DNA of 64,000 nucleotides from a bacterium (GCA_021802705.1 JAJZRL010000003.1:14142-78141); one strand, 5' to 3'. Positions 9,690 to 18,977 are shown, counted from the first letter of the stretch. The notes: generated from the letters alone by a model not told the origin. Program-made: numbers and translations.

Positions 9690-10647
9690 GGTGAATTCAA
9701 CCCGCTAAAGCACCACCCCAAGCTTCTGATGGCGTCTTCCAGCCGAGGCGTTTCCTCGGCCTCGTATTCAAAGCATACCCCACGACAGCGATTTCCTCCT
9801 CGGACACGAGATCGAAGTCAGTGCCCTTGGGAAAGAACCTGTGTACCAAACCGTTCGTATTCTCGTTCGTCCCACGCTCAAAGGAGGAATACGGGTGGGC
9901 GAAGTACACCTTTGCGTTCGTGAGCGCCTGAAGCTCCCGCCAGTATTGGTTCTCGCTTCCATTGTCGAGGGGTCAGTGTGTGCGCGTACGCTCTTGAGAC
10001 GTCGCGCGACCACGGCGGTTGTCGCTTCTGCCGTCTTCGCGGGCAGTTTCGACAGGAACAGGAGCCCGCTTCGGCGGTCGACGAGCGAATTGAGCCCTGG
10101 AGCGTGGTTCTTGCCTTCGATCGAGTCGCCCTCCCGGTCGCCGAGGCGGGTACGTTTCTCGACGACCGTCGGTCGTGTATCGATGCTCGGTCCTTTCGGG
10201 CGCAAAACACGGCGCGCCTTGCGACCGCCCATCCTCTGCCGGCGTGTATCTGCGCGTACACGAATTGGCATATGGCCTCGTGCGATATCGGCTCGGGCGC
10301 GGTGTTCGCGATCTGCTCGGGCGACCAGCCCGCCTTGAGTCGCTCCACGACGTATACCCTCAGCTCGGGGTACTTCAGGCGCTCTTCCGCGTTCCCGGGA
10401 TTTCCGCTTCGCAAGCGCCCGCTTGTGTGCGAGTCGCGGGGTGTACACCCGCCGTTCGGGAGGCAAGTTCTTGTTGATCTCCCGAACGATCGATGAGTGC
10501 GCCCGCCCCAGCCGCTTCACAATCGACCGTACCGATTCTTTTTCCCACAAGCCGCACTGTATTTCCTCCCGTTCCTCGACGCTCAACTGCCGGTATGCCA
10601 TATCCGCTCATGTTAGCGGAGTGGTGCTTTAGCGGGTTGAATTCACC
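9690..10647 (-). mobile_element. IS30-family insertion sequence (decayed)
   Basis: Perfect 27-bp terminal inverted repeats GGTGAATTCAACCCGCTAAAGCACCAC at 9690-9716 and 10621-10647. Confidence 0.92.
9697..10601 (-). pseudogene. IS30 transposase, multiply frameshifted
   Basis: HTH N-terminus (LS.EEREEI...S.VREI), GD.EGD, YFAHPYSSFERGTNENTNG and RPRKRLGWKTP in different frames. Confidence 0.9.
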
Positions 10648-10722
10648 TGAGGCGCGTTTGCCCGCAAGGAGATTTTATGGTAGGATTTCAGTGCACGATA
10701 CACATCGTGCCTCTTACTGCAA

Positions 10723-11949
10723 ATGGAGAAGATACCGATGAGCGAAACCCATAGATTGTCCGCTTTAAAAAGAGCGGAGCTTGAAGTAAATCGCGAGAGA
10801 ACGAGCGAGGGCTTTCTGAGATTTGAGGTCTCTTCTCCGGAAGCCATAGAGCGTGCATTGTCGGTGAGTGATCTCACCGCCGAAGATGCGCCTGAGCACA
10901 TTGTTAACATCATTAAGGATGAGGTAGTAAAAAACCTGCCCAGGTTGGGAATGGGTGAAGTGCGTATCGTCAGAGGCAATCCAATAGTTTCTGTCGAGGA
11001 TAACTTCGACAAGTTGTTATTCCCCGCGGACAACGCCGGCAGATCGTCTACTTACACTCGATATGTGGATGAGGACCATATCTTACGAACACACACTTCT
11101 GCACCTGTACCGGAAACCCTCAAGAGCTTTTATCAAGAATTCAAGGGCGATATTCCCGATACGGTTTTCGTTTTCCCGGGCTTAGTCTATAGAAGGGATG
11201 TCATTGACCGGAAACATCTTGATGTCTTTCATCAGCTGGATATTTGGACTTTACGGAAAAATGGTTCGAGAGAACCGGTCACGAGCGAAGATTTGTTAAG
11301 CTTAGTCAACATCATCTTCGAATCGGCCTTGCCTGGGAAGCGGCCTATCGTCTACCCCGCCGTTCATCCGTATACTCTCAAAGGAATCGAGGTATATGCG
11401 GAGTTCAACGGGGCGGAGCTTGAAGTTCTTGAAGCAGGACTGGCTCATCCCGAAGTGTTGCGCGGGGCAGGTTTTGATCCAGCTTTATATTCAGGACTTG
11501 CCTTGGGGATGGGCCTTGACCGGCTGGCGATGTCACTGAAAGGAATGTCTGACATTAGGTACCTGCGTTCTAAAGATCCGAGAATCTCCGCGCAGTTGTT
11601 GAATAGCGAAAAATTCAAGGAAGTGTCCAACCAGCCTCCCATTGCTCGTGATATGTCCTATTGTGTTCCAGAAAACTACACAGAGGAGGATATTTGCGAG
11701 GAAATAAAGGATGCGTTTGGAAAAGATGCTTACTTGGTCGAGGATGTAAAGATCGCAGCGAGGACGAAGTACAAAGACCTGCCCCAAGTTGCCAAAAATC
11801 GACTTGGCGCACTTGAAGGACAGGATAATGTTCTCGTTAAGATAACTCTCAGGCATCCCGACAAAACGCTGACGAGAAAAGAGGCTGACGGATTATATGA
11901 CCAGGCCTACCCAAAATTAAATAAGGGAACTAGGGGATACGTTCGCTAG
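10723..11949 (+). CDS. single-chain (mitochondrial-type) phenylalanyl-tRNA synthetase-like protein: catalytic domain + FDX-ACB
   Basis: NFDKLLFP, LRTHTSA, YRRDVIDRKH..FHQ, GLALGMGLDRLAM, then RDMS...LRHPDKTLT anticodon-binding domain. Confidence 0.88.
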   Translation: MEKIPMSETHRLSALKRAELEVNRERTSEGFLRFEVSSPEAIERALSVSDLTAEDAPEHIVNIIKDEVVKNLPRLGMGEVRIVRGNPIVSVEDNFDKLLFPADNAGRSSTYTRYVDEDHILRTHTSAPVPETLKSFYQEFKGDIPDTVFVFPGLVYRRDVIDRKHLDVFHQLDIWTLRKNGSREPVTSEDLLSLVNIIFESALPGKRPIVYPAVHPYTLKGIEVYAEFNGAELEVLEAGLAHPEVLRGAGFDPALYSGLALGMGLDRLAMSLKGMSDIRYLRSKDPRISAQLLNSEKFKEVSNQPPIARDMSYCVPENYTEEDICEEIKDAFGKDAYLVEDVKIAARTKYKDLPQVAKNRLGALEGQDNVLVKITLRHPDKTLTRKEADGLYDQAYPKLNKGTRGYVR

Positions 11950-11999
11950 CGCGAACGACGTTGTTACCCTAAGGGAGTGGCAACATGAGCCGCTCCTTT

Positions 12000-13202
12000 T
12001 TATTTTTCTTCACTATCAAAATGCTTTTTTAAGAAAGCCTCTACCTCGAGTGTTTTTATTGGATCCGCGTATTCGCTTACATATAAATCTGACTCTTGTC
12101 GATGCCTAAGCTCAGACCAGTTTTCTTTTTCTCCAAAAATTCTTCGTGCCCCTTGCATGAGTGATAGCCCGAGATTCGGGTAGACATCGTCCACTCCGTG
12201 CGCGAGGTAATACATGAGGTTGCGTTGGAAAGTGCTTTGTTCCTCCGCCCTTTCATCGTAGTTTGACAAACTATATTTCGGGTAACAGGCGTCAAGAAGC
12301 GTTTTGGGGATATCCCACAATGGCATAAGGAGCTTTGTTCCTCCAAAGCTGCGTGTAGGAAATGAGAGCGGTTTTTGCCCATTTATAAGTGAGAACAAAA
12401 GATCGGCGAGAAGATCCTCTCGGTTAAACCCGAGTAGATATTCTGTTGCCCCAATCTCCCTGCATAATCTGCGCGCTACTAATGAAATGAGATATGTGCC
12501 AAAGAAGTGGTTCGTGTTGCTTCCGAATTTCTCACAATACTCTTCGTAAAACTCGCGAGAAGATCGCTTCATGCGAAGCAATCCCTTGAGATCTGTCTCG
12601 CTAAAAATCTTGTGCTCAAGACCATAAGTTTGACAGAGAAGAGCGGCTCGTTCAGCAGCTGAGGACGGCCAAATAGGATCAAAAATGATCGTAAAAAAGG
12701 TAATATTTACGTCCCTAATCTCTGAAAAATCTTTCAATGCCTGCGCCAGAGTATTGCTATCTCCGCCGCCTGAGATACCAACCACGAGTTTATTGCTTCT
12801 ACTCTCTCGTGTCATAAAGGATTGAACCTTTTCTTTTATGATCTCTCTAGCAGATTCCGGATTAAATTCCTGGATGGTCTCGACGCAACCCTTCTCGCCA
12901 AGAGTAACGCTAGGGATGGCGATAACGGAATTCTTCACATTTTTATATATGATCTTTTGCGGCACAATGCTCCGAAGGTCGGTGTTGCGAATGCAACGCA
13001 GTTCTATCTCTTGATCTTCCGGGATGGTGGATATTATGGTCGTTAGCGGAACTGGAGTTACATTTTTTTCTTTTTTCAAATAGCCCTGAAATAAACTGGG
13101 TGGAAGATGTTTGGCTCGCAAAATCTCTTGCAACGTCACGGCATCAGAGGATCGAATATTTATTTCCTCGGAAACTGTCTTTATAATAATACTTCTGACC
13201 AT
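12000..13202 (-). CDS. PP-loop ATP pyrophosphatase (TtcA/TilS-like superfamily) with N-terminal extension
   Basis: VGISGGGDS PP-loop, GFNREDL, MPLW; lacks TtcA CxxC motifs; start ATG 13202 (or TTG 13247). Confidence 0.8.
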   Translation of the reverse strand: MVRSIIIKTVSEEINIRSSDAVTLQEILRAKHLPPSLFQGYLKKEKNVTPVPLTTIISTIPEDQEIELRCIRNTDLRSIVPQKIIYKNVKNSVIAIPSVTLGEKGCVETIQEFNPESAREIIKEKVQSFMTRESRSNKLVVGISGGGDSNTLAQALKDFSEIRDVNITFFTIIFDPIWPSSAAERAALLCQTYGLEHKIFSETDLKGLLRMKRSSREFYEEYCEKFGSNTNHFFGTYLISLVARRLCREIGATEYLLGFNREDLLADLLFSLINGQKPLSFPTRSFGGTKLLMPLWDIPKTLLDACYPKYSLSNYDERAEEQSTFQRNLMYYLAHGVDDVYPNLGLSLMQGARRIFGEKENWSELRHRQESDLYVSEYADPIKTLEVEAFLKKHFDSEEK

Positions 13203-13256
13203 GGCGAAGAAATTCCAACGGAAGTTGGCAATTTTATCGAGTCTCAACTGAAACTC

Positions 13257-13436
13257 TTAATTGAAAGCGCAGAGCGCCGAGGTACACAAAATATGCTCGA
13301 TTCGCGCATTGGTAAGGCAATCGAGACCCATGTCAGATAAAGAAGCAAACATGTTATTTACCACCTCATTAGATATGGTGCCCTGCCAGTCCATAATCGA
13401 ATTCACATGCATTTTGACGGATGCGACGCTAGACAT
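13257..13436 (-). CDS. 59-aa peptide MSSVASVKMHVNSIMDWQGTISNEVVNNMFASLSDMGLDCLTNARIEHILCTSALCAFN (possible precursor peptide)
   Basis: Read manually (just under the ORF-track cutoff); downstream of TTGCAC-N16-TACACT promoter, directly upstream of the PP-loop gene; alternative start ATG 13352 after GAGGTGG. Confidence 0.55.
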   Translation of the reverse strand: MSSVASVKMHVNSIMDWQGTISNEVVNNMFASLSDMGLDCLTNARIEHILCTSALCAFN

Positions 13437-13533
13437 TGTGGTGAGGTTAAGACCAATAAAGCCAGTAGGCTGGCTTAAACATAGTGTACTCTGGGATTTT
13501 TAAAGTGCAATATATCTAGCAAACCTGTGCAGG

Positions 13534-15084
13534 CTATGACGGACGCGCCACCCACGGCTGTTTGATTCCCGGCTTAAAATAAAGGGGGTCCTCGTATGGC
13601 CAAAAAACGAGTCTCGGCTCCGCACGTTTCCCGAGAAAGTCAGAAAGTTCTCTAAATTCTGAATTTTTTTCGCGCAGATTCTTGATGATTTCTGCAAGAA
13701 GCTCCGACGCAAGAACCTTTGCAATATCCTTCTTCGGTTTCTGTTCAAGATTGATCTCTAGGTATTGGTCGTGGTTTTCATCGTACTTCGTGATGAGCGT
13801 GAGCTTACCGGTCAGGCAGTCGACAAAGCTCTTGTTAAGCAAAACTTCCTTGATTGTCTCGGGATACACCTGGAGGCCGTAAATCGTTGTAGCGAGATCG
13901 ATGCGTTCGAAAACATATACGAATGGCAGCTTGTACACGGAATCACTGATGCCGGCAGCTTGCGCTTCTTTCAAGAGATCGACGCCGTGCGTTTTGTATC
14001 GCTCGATAAGTTCGTTAAATGTGTAGACTCCCCCATAGTCTCCGATGGAGTAGCGGAGAAGCGGCAGTGCACTGTCTCCTGACACGAGGATTTCTCCGTT
14101 GGGCGCTTCAAACGAAACGAATTGCGGTATGTACTGCGCAAACGTCGGCGTCTTTGTGATACCACCGAATACATCGGCAAACAGTTTTTTGTCAGACAGC
14201 GCAAGGCGCCGCGCGAGAATGGAGAAAGGGGTCTCGAACGCCATGGTGCCGATATCGGCGCTCCCATAGATATTAATCGCATCGGTAATAGGATTTTTTA
14301 TGCCAACGCGCTTCGCGACGTAATCACGAAAATGCTCCGTAAACGCCTCGGCCGCAAAAAGGAGGAGTGTGCGATTCTTATCAAAACGAATACCCTGCGC
14401 GAGCGCTTCGTCAATAACATCCTTGAGGAAAGGGGGATACCCTGCGAGAATGATTTGTTTGTATTGTGGCGCGATATTTTCGAGTGCTTTCAAGATTTCC
14501 GCTTTATTTATACCGGGCGTGAGAATGGAGACTGGGTATCCGCGACGGCCCATGAGTTCGAAGGCCTGATAGGTAATGACGCCACCGATCCATACGCCCA
14601 TGCCAAAACAAACAATGACTAACGTCGACTCATTCTTCTTCAGGGAGCTTGAGCGGAAAATGAGTTCGTGGATAAGTGACGACTGTTCGTCGATGCTGGG
14701 TGAACGGGCGAAGTATGTCGGCTTCCCCGTCGAGCCGGAGGTTGCGGTAAGGACATACGGTGATTGAACAGAGCCATGCCACAAGAGATCGGGAAACGGG
14801 TTCTTCCAAAGATAGTTCTTCTTTGTTATGACCGGCACAGAAGCAAGATCTTTCGTCGTACGAACGGCGTCATGACGAAGATGATTTGCACGAAGGAAAT
14901 CCCGATAGGCCGGCACATCGAGCGCCATGCGCTTAAAAAGTGAGTGGGCATGCGTCTTTTCAGCGCGAGACCAGTCGACGCCCTGAAAAGCACGCAAGGT
15001 ATTGAAAAAATTAGCTGGGGAGGAAAAGCCCGACTTGAAAGCCGTCGCCGACGTTTTATGGGACGTCGTTTTAACTGAACTCAT
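13534..15084 (-). CDS. phenylacetate-CoA ligase / F390 synthetase-like AMP-forming enzyme
   Basis: TSGSTGKP, LAGYPPF, YGSAD, PLLRYSIGD motifs. Confidence 0.9.
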   Translation of the reverse strand: MSSVKTTSHKTSATAFKSGFSSPANFFNTLRAFQGVDWSRAEKTHAHSLFKRMALDVPAYRDFLRANHLRHDAVRTTKDLASVPVITKKNYLWKNPFPDLLWHGSVQSPYVLTATSGSTGKPTYFARSPSIDEQSSLIHELIFRSSSLKKNESTLVIVCFGMGVWIGGVITYQAFELMGRRGYPVSILTPGINKAEILKALENIAPQYKQIILAGYPPFLKDVIDEALAQGIRFDKNRTLLLFAAEAFTEHFRDYVAKRVGIKNPITDAINIYGSADIGTMAFETPFSILARRLALSDKKLFADVFGGITKTPTFAQYIPQFVSFEAPNGEILVSGDSALPLLRYSIGDYGGVYTFNELIERYKTHGVDLLKEAQAAGISDSVYKLPFVYVFERIDLATTIYGLQVYPETIKEVLLNKSFVDCLTGKLTLITKYDENHDQYLEINLEQKPKKDIAKVLASELLAEIIKNLREKNSEFRELSDFLGKRAEPRLVFWPYEDPLYFKPGIKQPWVARPS

Positions 15085-15177
15085 GAAATTATATAATACC
15101 ATATATTGTGTGCTAATGTAAAGACTTCCGCGGGTATTCAGTGGCCAGAAGTACTTGAGAGGATTAGGATAGATTTG

Positions 15178-15864
15178 CTATTTATCTGATTTGTTTTGCG
15201 CGATTCCGATGAGCCCATAGTCGCGCGGGAAGAGCTTCTGGGCGATCCTGAATATGCCGTAGGCCATGAAAGGCGCCGCGAATACGTCGATCGAATAGTG
15301 GACGTGGGCTAAAAGCACCGCAACGGCGAAAACGAAAGAAAGCGATAGGAGCGTGGTTCGCAAGACGGGCTTCTGCCAGAAAATGAGCGCCATAAGAAAC
15401 GGGAGGCCGGTGTGCCCCGAGAAGAAGAATCCGGTCTGGAAATCGAGGTAGGTATAAATGCTGTCAAGAAAGCCAGACCCGGGATCTATCTGGCCCGGAT
15501 AGATGCCCACGTGCGTGAGGGAGGTGAAAAACGCGCGGGTCGCGATAAAGAGCGCCACAGCCTTGAGCGTAAAGAGGATGTAGCGTGGCTTTGAAAATAC
15601 GAGGATCGTTCCTGCCACGATACTGAAAAGCGCTCCCTCGACAATGATGAGGTTCAAATTGATACTAGGGATGTTATCGAGAAGGATGTCGCCCACGTAG
15701 ACGGATGTCGGGCGCGTAAGATACGAAAGCGCGTAAACGGAAGCGACATGCTCGAACGCAAACGCGATGACGAGAAGAAAGATAGCGACGGCAAACGAGT
15801 AGAGGTTCTCCTTCTTTAAAAGGTCCCGATAGGTGAAAGGATCCTGGTGAGACGGTGTTTCCAT
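15178..15864 (-). CDS. PAP2_C / sphingomyelin-synthase-like membrane phosphotransferase
   Basis: Six hydrophobic segments; FFSGHT and HYSIDV catalytic motifs. Confidence 0.85.
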   Translation of the reverse strand: METPSHQDPFTYRDLLKKENLYSFAVAIFLLVIAFAFEHVASVYALSYLTRPTSVYVGDILLDNIPSINLNLIIVEGALFSIVAGTILVFSKPRYILFTLKAVALFIATRAFFTSLTHVGIYPGQIDPGSGFLDSIYTYLDFQTGFFFSGHTGLPFLMALIFWQKPVLRTTLLSLSFVFAVAVLLAHVHYSIDVFAAPFMAYGIFRIAQKLFPRDYGLIGIAQNKSDK

Positions 15865-15877
15865 TTGTTTACGGTGC

Positions 15878-16285
15878 CTACGGATTATTAAAGCATTTCA
15901 CGCAACGACATCCCCGCGGCTTGATGTGCTCGTCGAAATACTCTTCTCCATAGTCGTACGAGAACTCGTCGCCTGCTTTGATATTCCGAATGGCATCGAT
16001 GAAGATACGGCCCCGCACTATTTCCGGCCTGCAATTGGGACGACAGGAATGATTGATATACCGCGCGATATTCTCACGGGTCGCGCCATCGATCGTCTTG
16101 CGAGAGTTCACTTCGAAAAGATATTTGCTGCGGCTCGTATACGCCTCTTTAGCGGATATCGTCCGGCCGAAATATTCGATGATACGCTCGCCCTTCTTGA
16201 AGGGGCGAGCCGCGAAAAGTCCGAGCCCTGCGGTCGAACGCTTCACAATCACTCCCTCCGGATACGCCGGTTTCTTCTTTCGCAT
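15878..16285 (-). CDS. SET-domain protein-lysine methyltransferase
   Basis: GLGLFA, RYINHSC.PN, EFSYDY, post-SET CRCVKC. Confidence 0.92.
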   Translation of the reverse strand: MRKKKPAYPEGVIVKRSTAGLGLFAARPFKKGERIIEYFGRTISAKEAYTSRSKYLFEVNSRKTIDGATRENIARYINHSCRPNCRPEIVRGRIFIDAIRNIKAGDEFSYDYGEEYFDEHIKPRGCRCVKCFNNP

Positions 16286-16299
16286 GTTTCTCCCGGCCC

Positions 16300-16689
16300 C
16301 TACGACTCCGTCGTGATGCCGTCGAAGTGCTCTTCGTGTTCATCGGCTTTCGTCGGCTCGACGAGACCGTCCTTATGCTCCGGCGGCGAGTAAACGGTGT
16401 AAAGCTTCAGGTGGTCCGAACCGGTATTGATAACGTTGTGCCGCGTACCCTCCGGTATGACAACCGCGTCATCCGCTCCGATCTCGTGTACGACGCCGTC
16501 AAGCACGACCTTCCCCTTCCCCGCCTCGAAGCGGATGAATTGGTCGAGATGGTGCACTTCCTCGCCTATCTCCTCGCCGGGAGCAAGGCTCATGAGCACG
16601 AGCTGGCTATGCGTAGCGGTATATAAAACACGGCGGTAATCCGTATTCTCTTTCGTCGCTTGTTCGATATTCGTCAGGTATCCTTTCAT
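16300..16689 (-). CDS. cupin-domain protein
   Basis: EIGEEVH..DQF, IPEGTRHNVIN, LYTVYSPPEH. Confidence 0.9.
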   Translation of the reverse strand: MKGYLTNIEQATKENTDYRRVLYTATHSQLVLMSLAPGEEIGEEVHHLDQFIRFEAGKGKVVLDGVVHEIGADDAVVIPEGTRHNVINTGSDHLKLYTVYSPPEHKDGLVEPTKADEHEEHFDGITTES

Positions 16690-16709
16690 AGTGCCCTTAT
16701 GATATCACG

Positions 16710-17456
16710 CTAGGAGGAGCTGTCGCGGACATCGATATAGGTCATGGTGAGCGGTTTGCCGCGGACGAGGGTATGGAAGTGATTCGCGGCGTATCGCAAC
16801 CCCATCGTGATGACGCCTTCTTTCGCGAGACGGCGACCGGATGCGTACATAGGGAGCCGGAACGTCCACTTTACCCTTCCGACCTTGCTGATACGCCGCG
16901 CGACATCGGTATCCTCGCCATAAAACTCAATCGTCGTATCGAATCCGCCCGCCTGCTCAAGATGCGTCCTGCGTACGATGAAATTGCCGCCCTGAAGCAT
17001 CGCTCCCGTACGGAAAATGTGGTGGCTTATGAGATGCGATATGTAGCCGAAGAAATAAAAGATGCGGACGAGCGCACGCTGCATGAGCGAGAGATCGTAA
17101 TAAATGAAGGGGCCGCTGAGAGCGGCAAGGCGATCGTTGCTTTCAAATTCGACGAGTACCGTATCGAGCCATCCTTCCGGAAGCATGGTGTCGGAATCGA
17201 TGTTCGCGATAATCTCGCCGGTAGCGGCCATAAGTCCGGCATGGCGCGCGCGCACGAGCCCTTTCCGCGGCTCGTCGACGACGCGTACCCACGGGAAACT
17301 CTTTGCGACCTTTCCCGTGCGGTCCGTGCTTGCGTTGTTGACGACGATGACTTCCGCGTCGCACGAAGCACGCGCAAGCTCCCGTTCCACCGCCGAAAGA
17401 CAGGCTGGGAGGCGCTCTTCCTCGTTATAAGCCGGAATAACGATACTGATGCGCAT
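16710..17456 (-). CDS. glycosyltransferase family 2
   Basis: SIVIPAYNEE, NNASTDRT, IDSD, GEDTD. Confidence 0.92.
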   Translation of the reverse strand: MRISIVIPAYNEEERLPACLSAVERELARASCDAEVIVVNNASTDRTGKVAKSFPWVRVVDEPRKGLVRARHAGLMAATGEIIANIDSDTMLPEGWLDTVLVEFESNDRLAALSGPFIYYDLSLMQRALVRIFYFFGYISHLISHHIFRTGAMLQGGNFIVRRTHLEQAGGFDTTIEFYGEDTDVARRISKVGRVKWTFRLPMYASGRRLAKEGVITMGLRYAANHFHTLVRGKPLTMTYIDVRDSSS

Positions 17457-17494
17457 AGGTAGGTCTATACTCGCACAAAAAGGCAAACAAAGAA

Positions 17495-17521
17495 AGCCGC
17501 GCGAGCGATGCTCGCGCGGCT
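17495..17521 (-). terminator. intrinsic terminator of the 17544-18158 orphan
   Basis: AGCCGCGCGAGC-GAT-GCTCGCGCGGCT with T-rich tail on the minus strand. Confidence 0.75.
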
Positions 17522-17543
17522 GAAAGTGGTTTTGATCCACCGG

Positions 17544-18158
17544 TCAGAGAACAATGCGTGCGGTCCATCCGAACGTGAGCACGGCCGTAGCCGCGACAGG
17601 TATCCAGGTATCCCACAAGCTATGGAGCGGGTCTCCCGCGTACCACGTCGGCTTCACGATGCCGAGGACGACATGCGTACCGACCGCGACGTGAATCACG
17701 AGGAGCGCAGACACCATCCAGAGAAACCACGGCGGAGACAGAGGCGAGGTGCCGAAGTACAGCAAGAAGAGTGCGGCAAACGCTGCGGCCATGTAGAAGA
17801 CGTGGAAATATCCCGCAGCCGTCAGCTTTCCGAACTGCACATGCGCTTCAGGGTATTTAGCGCCAAGATATGTCAGATGCATGAGAATGCTACAGACGAA
17901 TCCGGCGAAAGCCGCCATGACAACGTTATATGACGACCATGCTGCACCATAGAGCGCCATAGTCGCTGCGACAAGCGGAGAGATGATGAAGACGTTACCC
18001 CACATGCCGCCATGGCAAAGAAATGGCAATCCCTTATCGTAGCCGGATGCACGCATTTGTGCCGGGGTAAGCATGCCATCGAACCATGAAAACAGTCCCT
18101 GTAACGCAACGAGTGACTCGCCTCCGGCGAGAACCTTCAAGAACGTTGTAGAGAACAC
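17544..18158 (-). CDS. hypothetical integral membrane protein (His-containing TMs)
   Basis: About 6 hydrophobic segments; AAAGGAGG RBS, GTG start, TTGACT-N17-TATGAT promoter. Confidence 0.75.
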   Translation of the reverse strand: MFSTTFLKVLAGGESLVALQGLFSWFDGMLTPAQMRASGYDKGLPFLCHGGMWGNVFIISPLVAATMALYGAAWSSYNVVMAAFAGFVCSILMHLTYLGAKYPEAHVQFGKLTAAGYFHVFYMAAAFAALFLLYFGTSPLSPPWFLWMVSALLVIHVAVGTHVVLGIVKPTWYAGDPLHSLWDTWIPVAATAVLTFGWTARIVL

Positions 18159-18254
18159 GTGCTGCCTCCTTTCGAGGTTGGATCGATCTGAAATAAATCA
18201 TACATCAAATGACTTTAAAAGTCAAATGCACCCGGGTGCACCGTAAAACAAGAG

Positions 18255-18977
18255 TCAACGGACCGGCGTCCAATCGTCGGCGACGGCTTTGTCGAAAAGC
18301 GCGACGCTTATCGTGTTTATGGTCCAGATGAACCACAGCCGCGCCCAGCCGATGCGGTGCGCGCGGCGGGCGCCATGATAGATCTTGAGCTCGGGGTCGA
18401 AATACGTGCGGCCGACCTTCGAGATCCGATAGAAAAAATCGCCGTCCTCGCGCGTGACGAGATCCTCGCGGAAACCGCCGATCTTTTCGAAGGCGGTGCG
18501 CCGCACGAGCATGAATTTCCCCGACGCCTCCCCTTTCCGCAGGACGTTGTTCTGAAAGCGCAAGAGCGCGTTCAAGAAGCCGAAAGAAGCGCGATCGGCC
18601 CATGTCTCGACCGACGGCAAGGCATACTGCGGCCCGGTCACGCCGACGAGATCGGGATCCTTTTCAAAATGTGCAAACGCTCGTTCGAAAAAAACGTTCG
18701 GATCCGGAATGCGCGTGTCGGCATCGATGAAGGCGAGAAAGTCGCCATGCGCCGCCTTCGCCCCGTCGTTCCTGCCGATACCGGCGGTATGCTTCTTTCC
18801 CTCGAAAACGACGACCACGTGCGCGTGCTTGCGCGCTATTTCTGCCGTGCGGTCTTTGCTTCGGGCGTCCGAAACGACGACCTCGTGCGGCATCTTGAGC
18901 GCATCGCGCAGCTCGCGCAGGGTCTCGGCGATGGTTTTCTCTTCTTCGCGGGTGGGAATGATGACGGAGAGCAGCAT
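18255..18977 (-). CDS. glycosyltransferase family 2
   Basis: SVIIPT.EEE, D..SKDRT, FIDADT, GGF.E...RED. Confidence 0.9.
   Translation of the reverse strand: MLLSVIIPTREEEKTIAETLRELRDALKMPHEVVVSDARSKDRTAEIARKHAHVVVVFEGKKHTAGIGRNDGAKAAHGDFLAFIDADTRIPDPNVFFERAFAHFEKDPDLVGVTGPQYALPSVETWADRASFGFLNALLRFQNNVLRKGEASGKFMLVRRTAFEKIGGFREDLVTREDGDFFYRISKVGRTYFDPELKIYHGARRAHRIGWARLWFIWTINTISVALFDKAVADDWTPVR

Noticed and set aside
13447-13482. Aromatic-rich mini-ORF MFKPAYWLYWS as a possible attenuator peptide
   Set aside because: Its ATG directly abuts the predicted -10 box, so it would lie upstream of the TSS
15126-15144. TTCCGCGGGTATTCAGTGG resembles the 5' end of tRNA-Asn (15/19) and could be an att remnant
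   Set aside because: Wrong tRNA end and geometry for a typical att duplication, short match, and no integrase in the window
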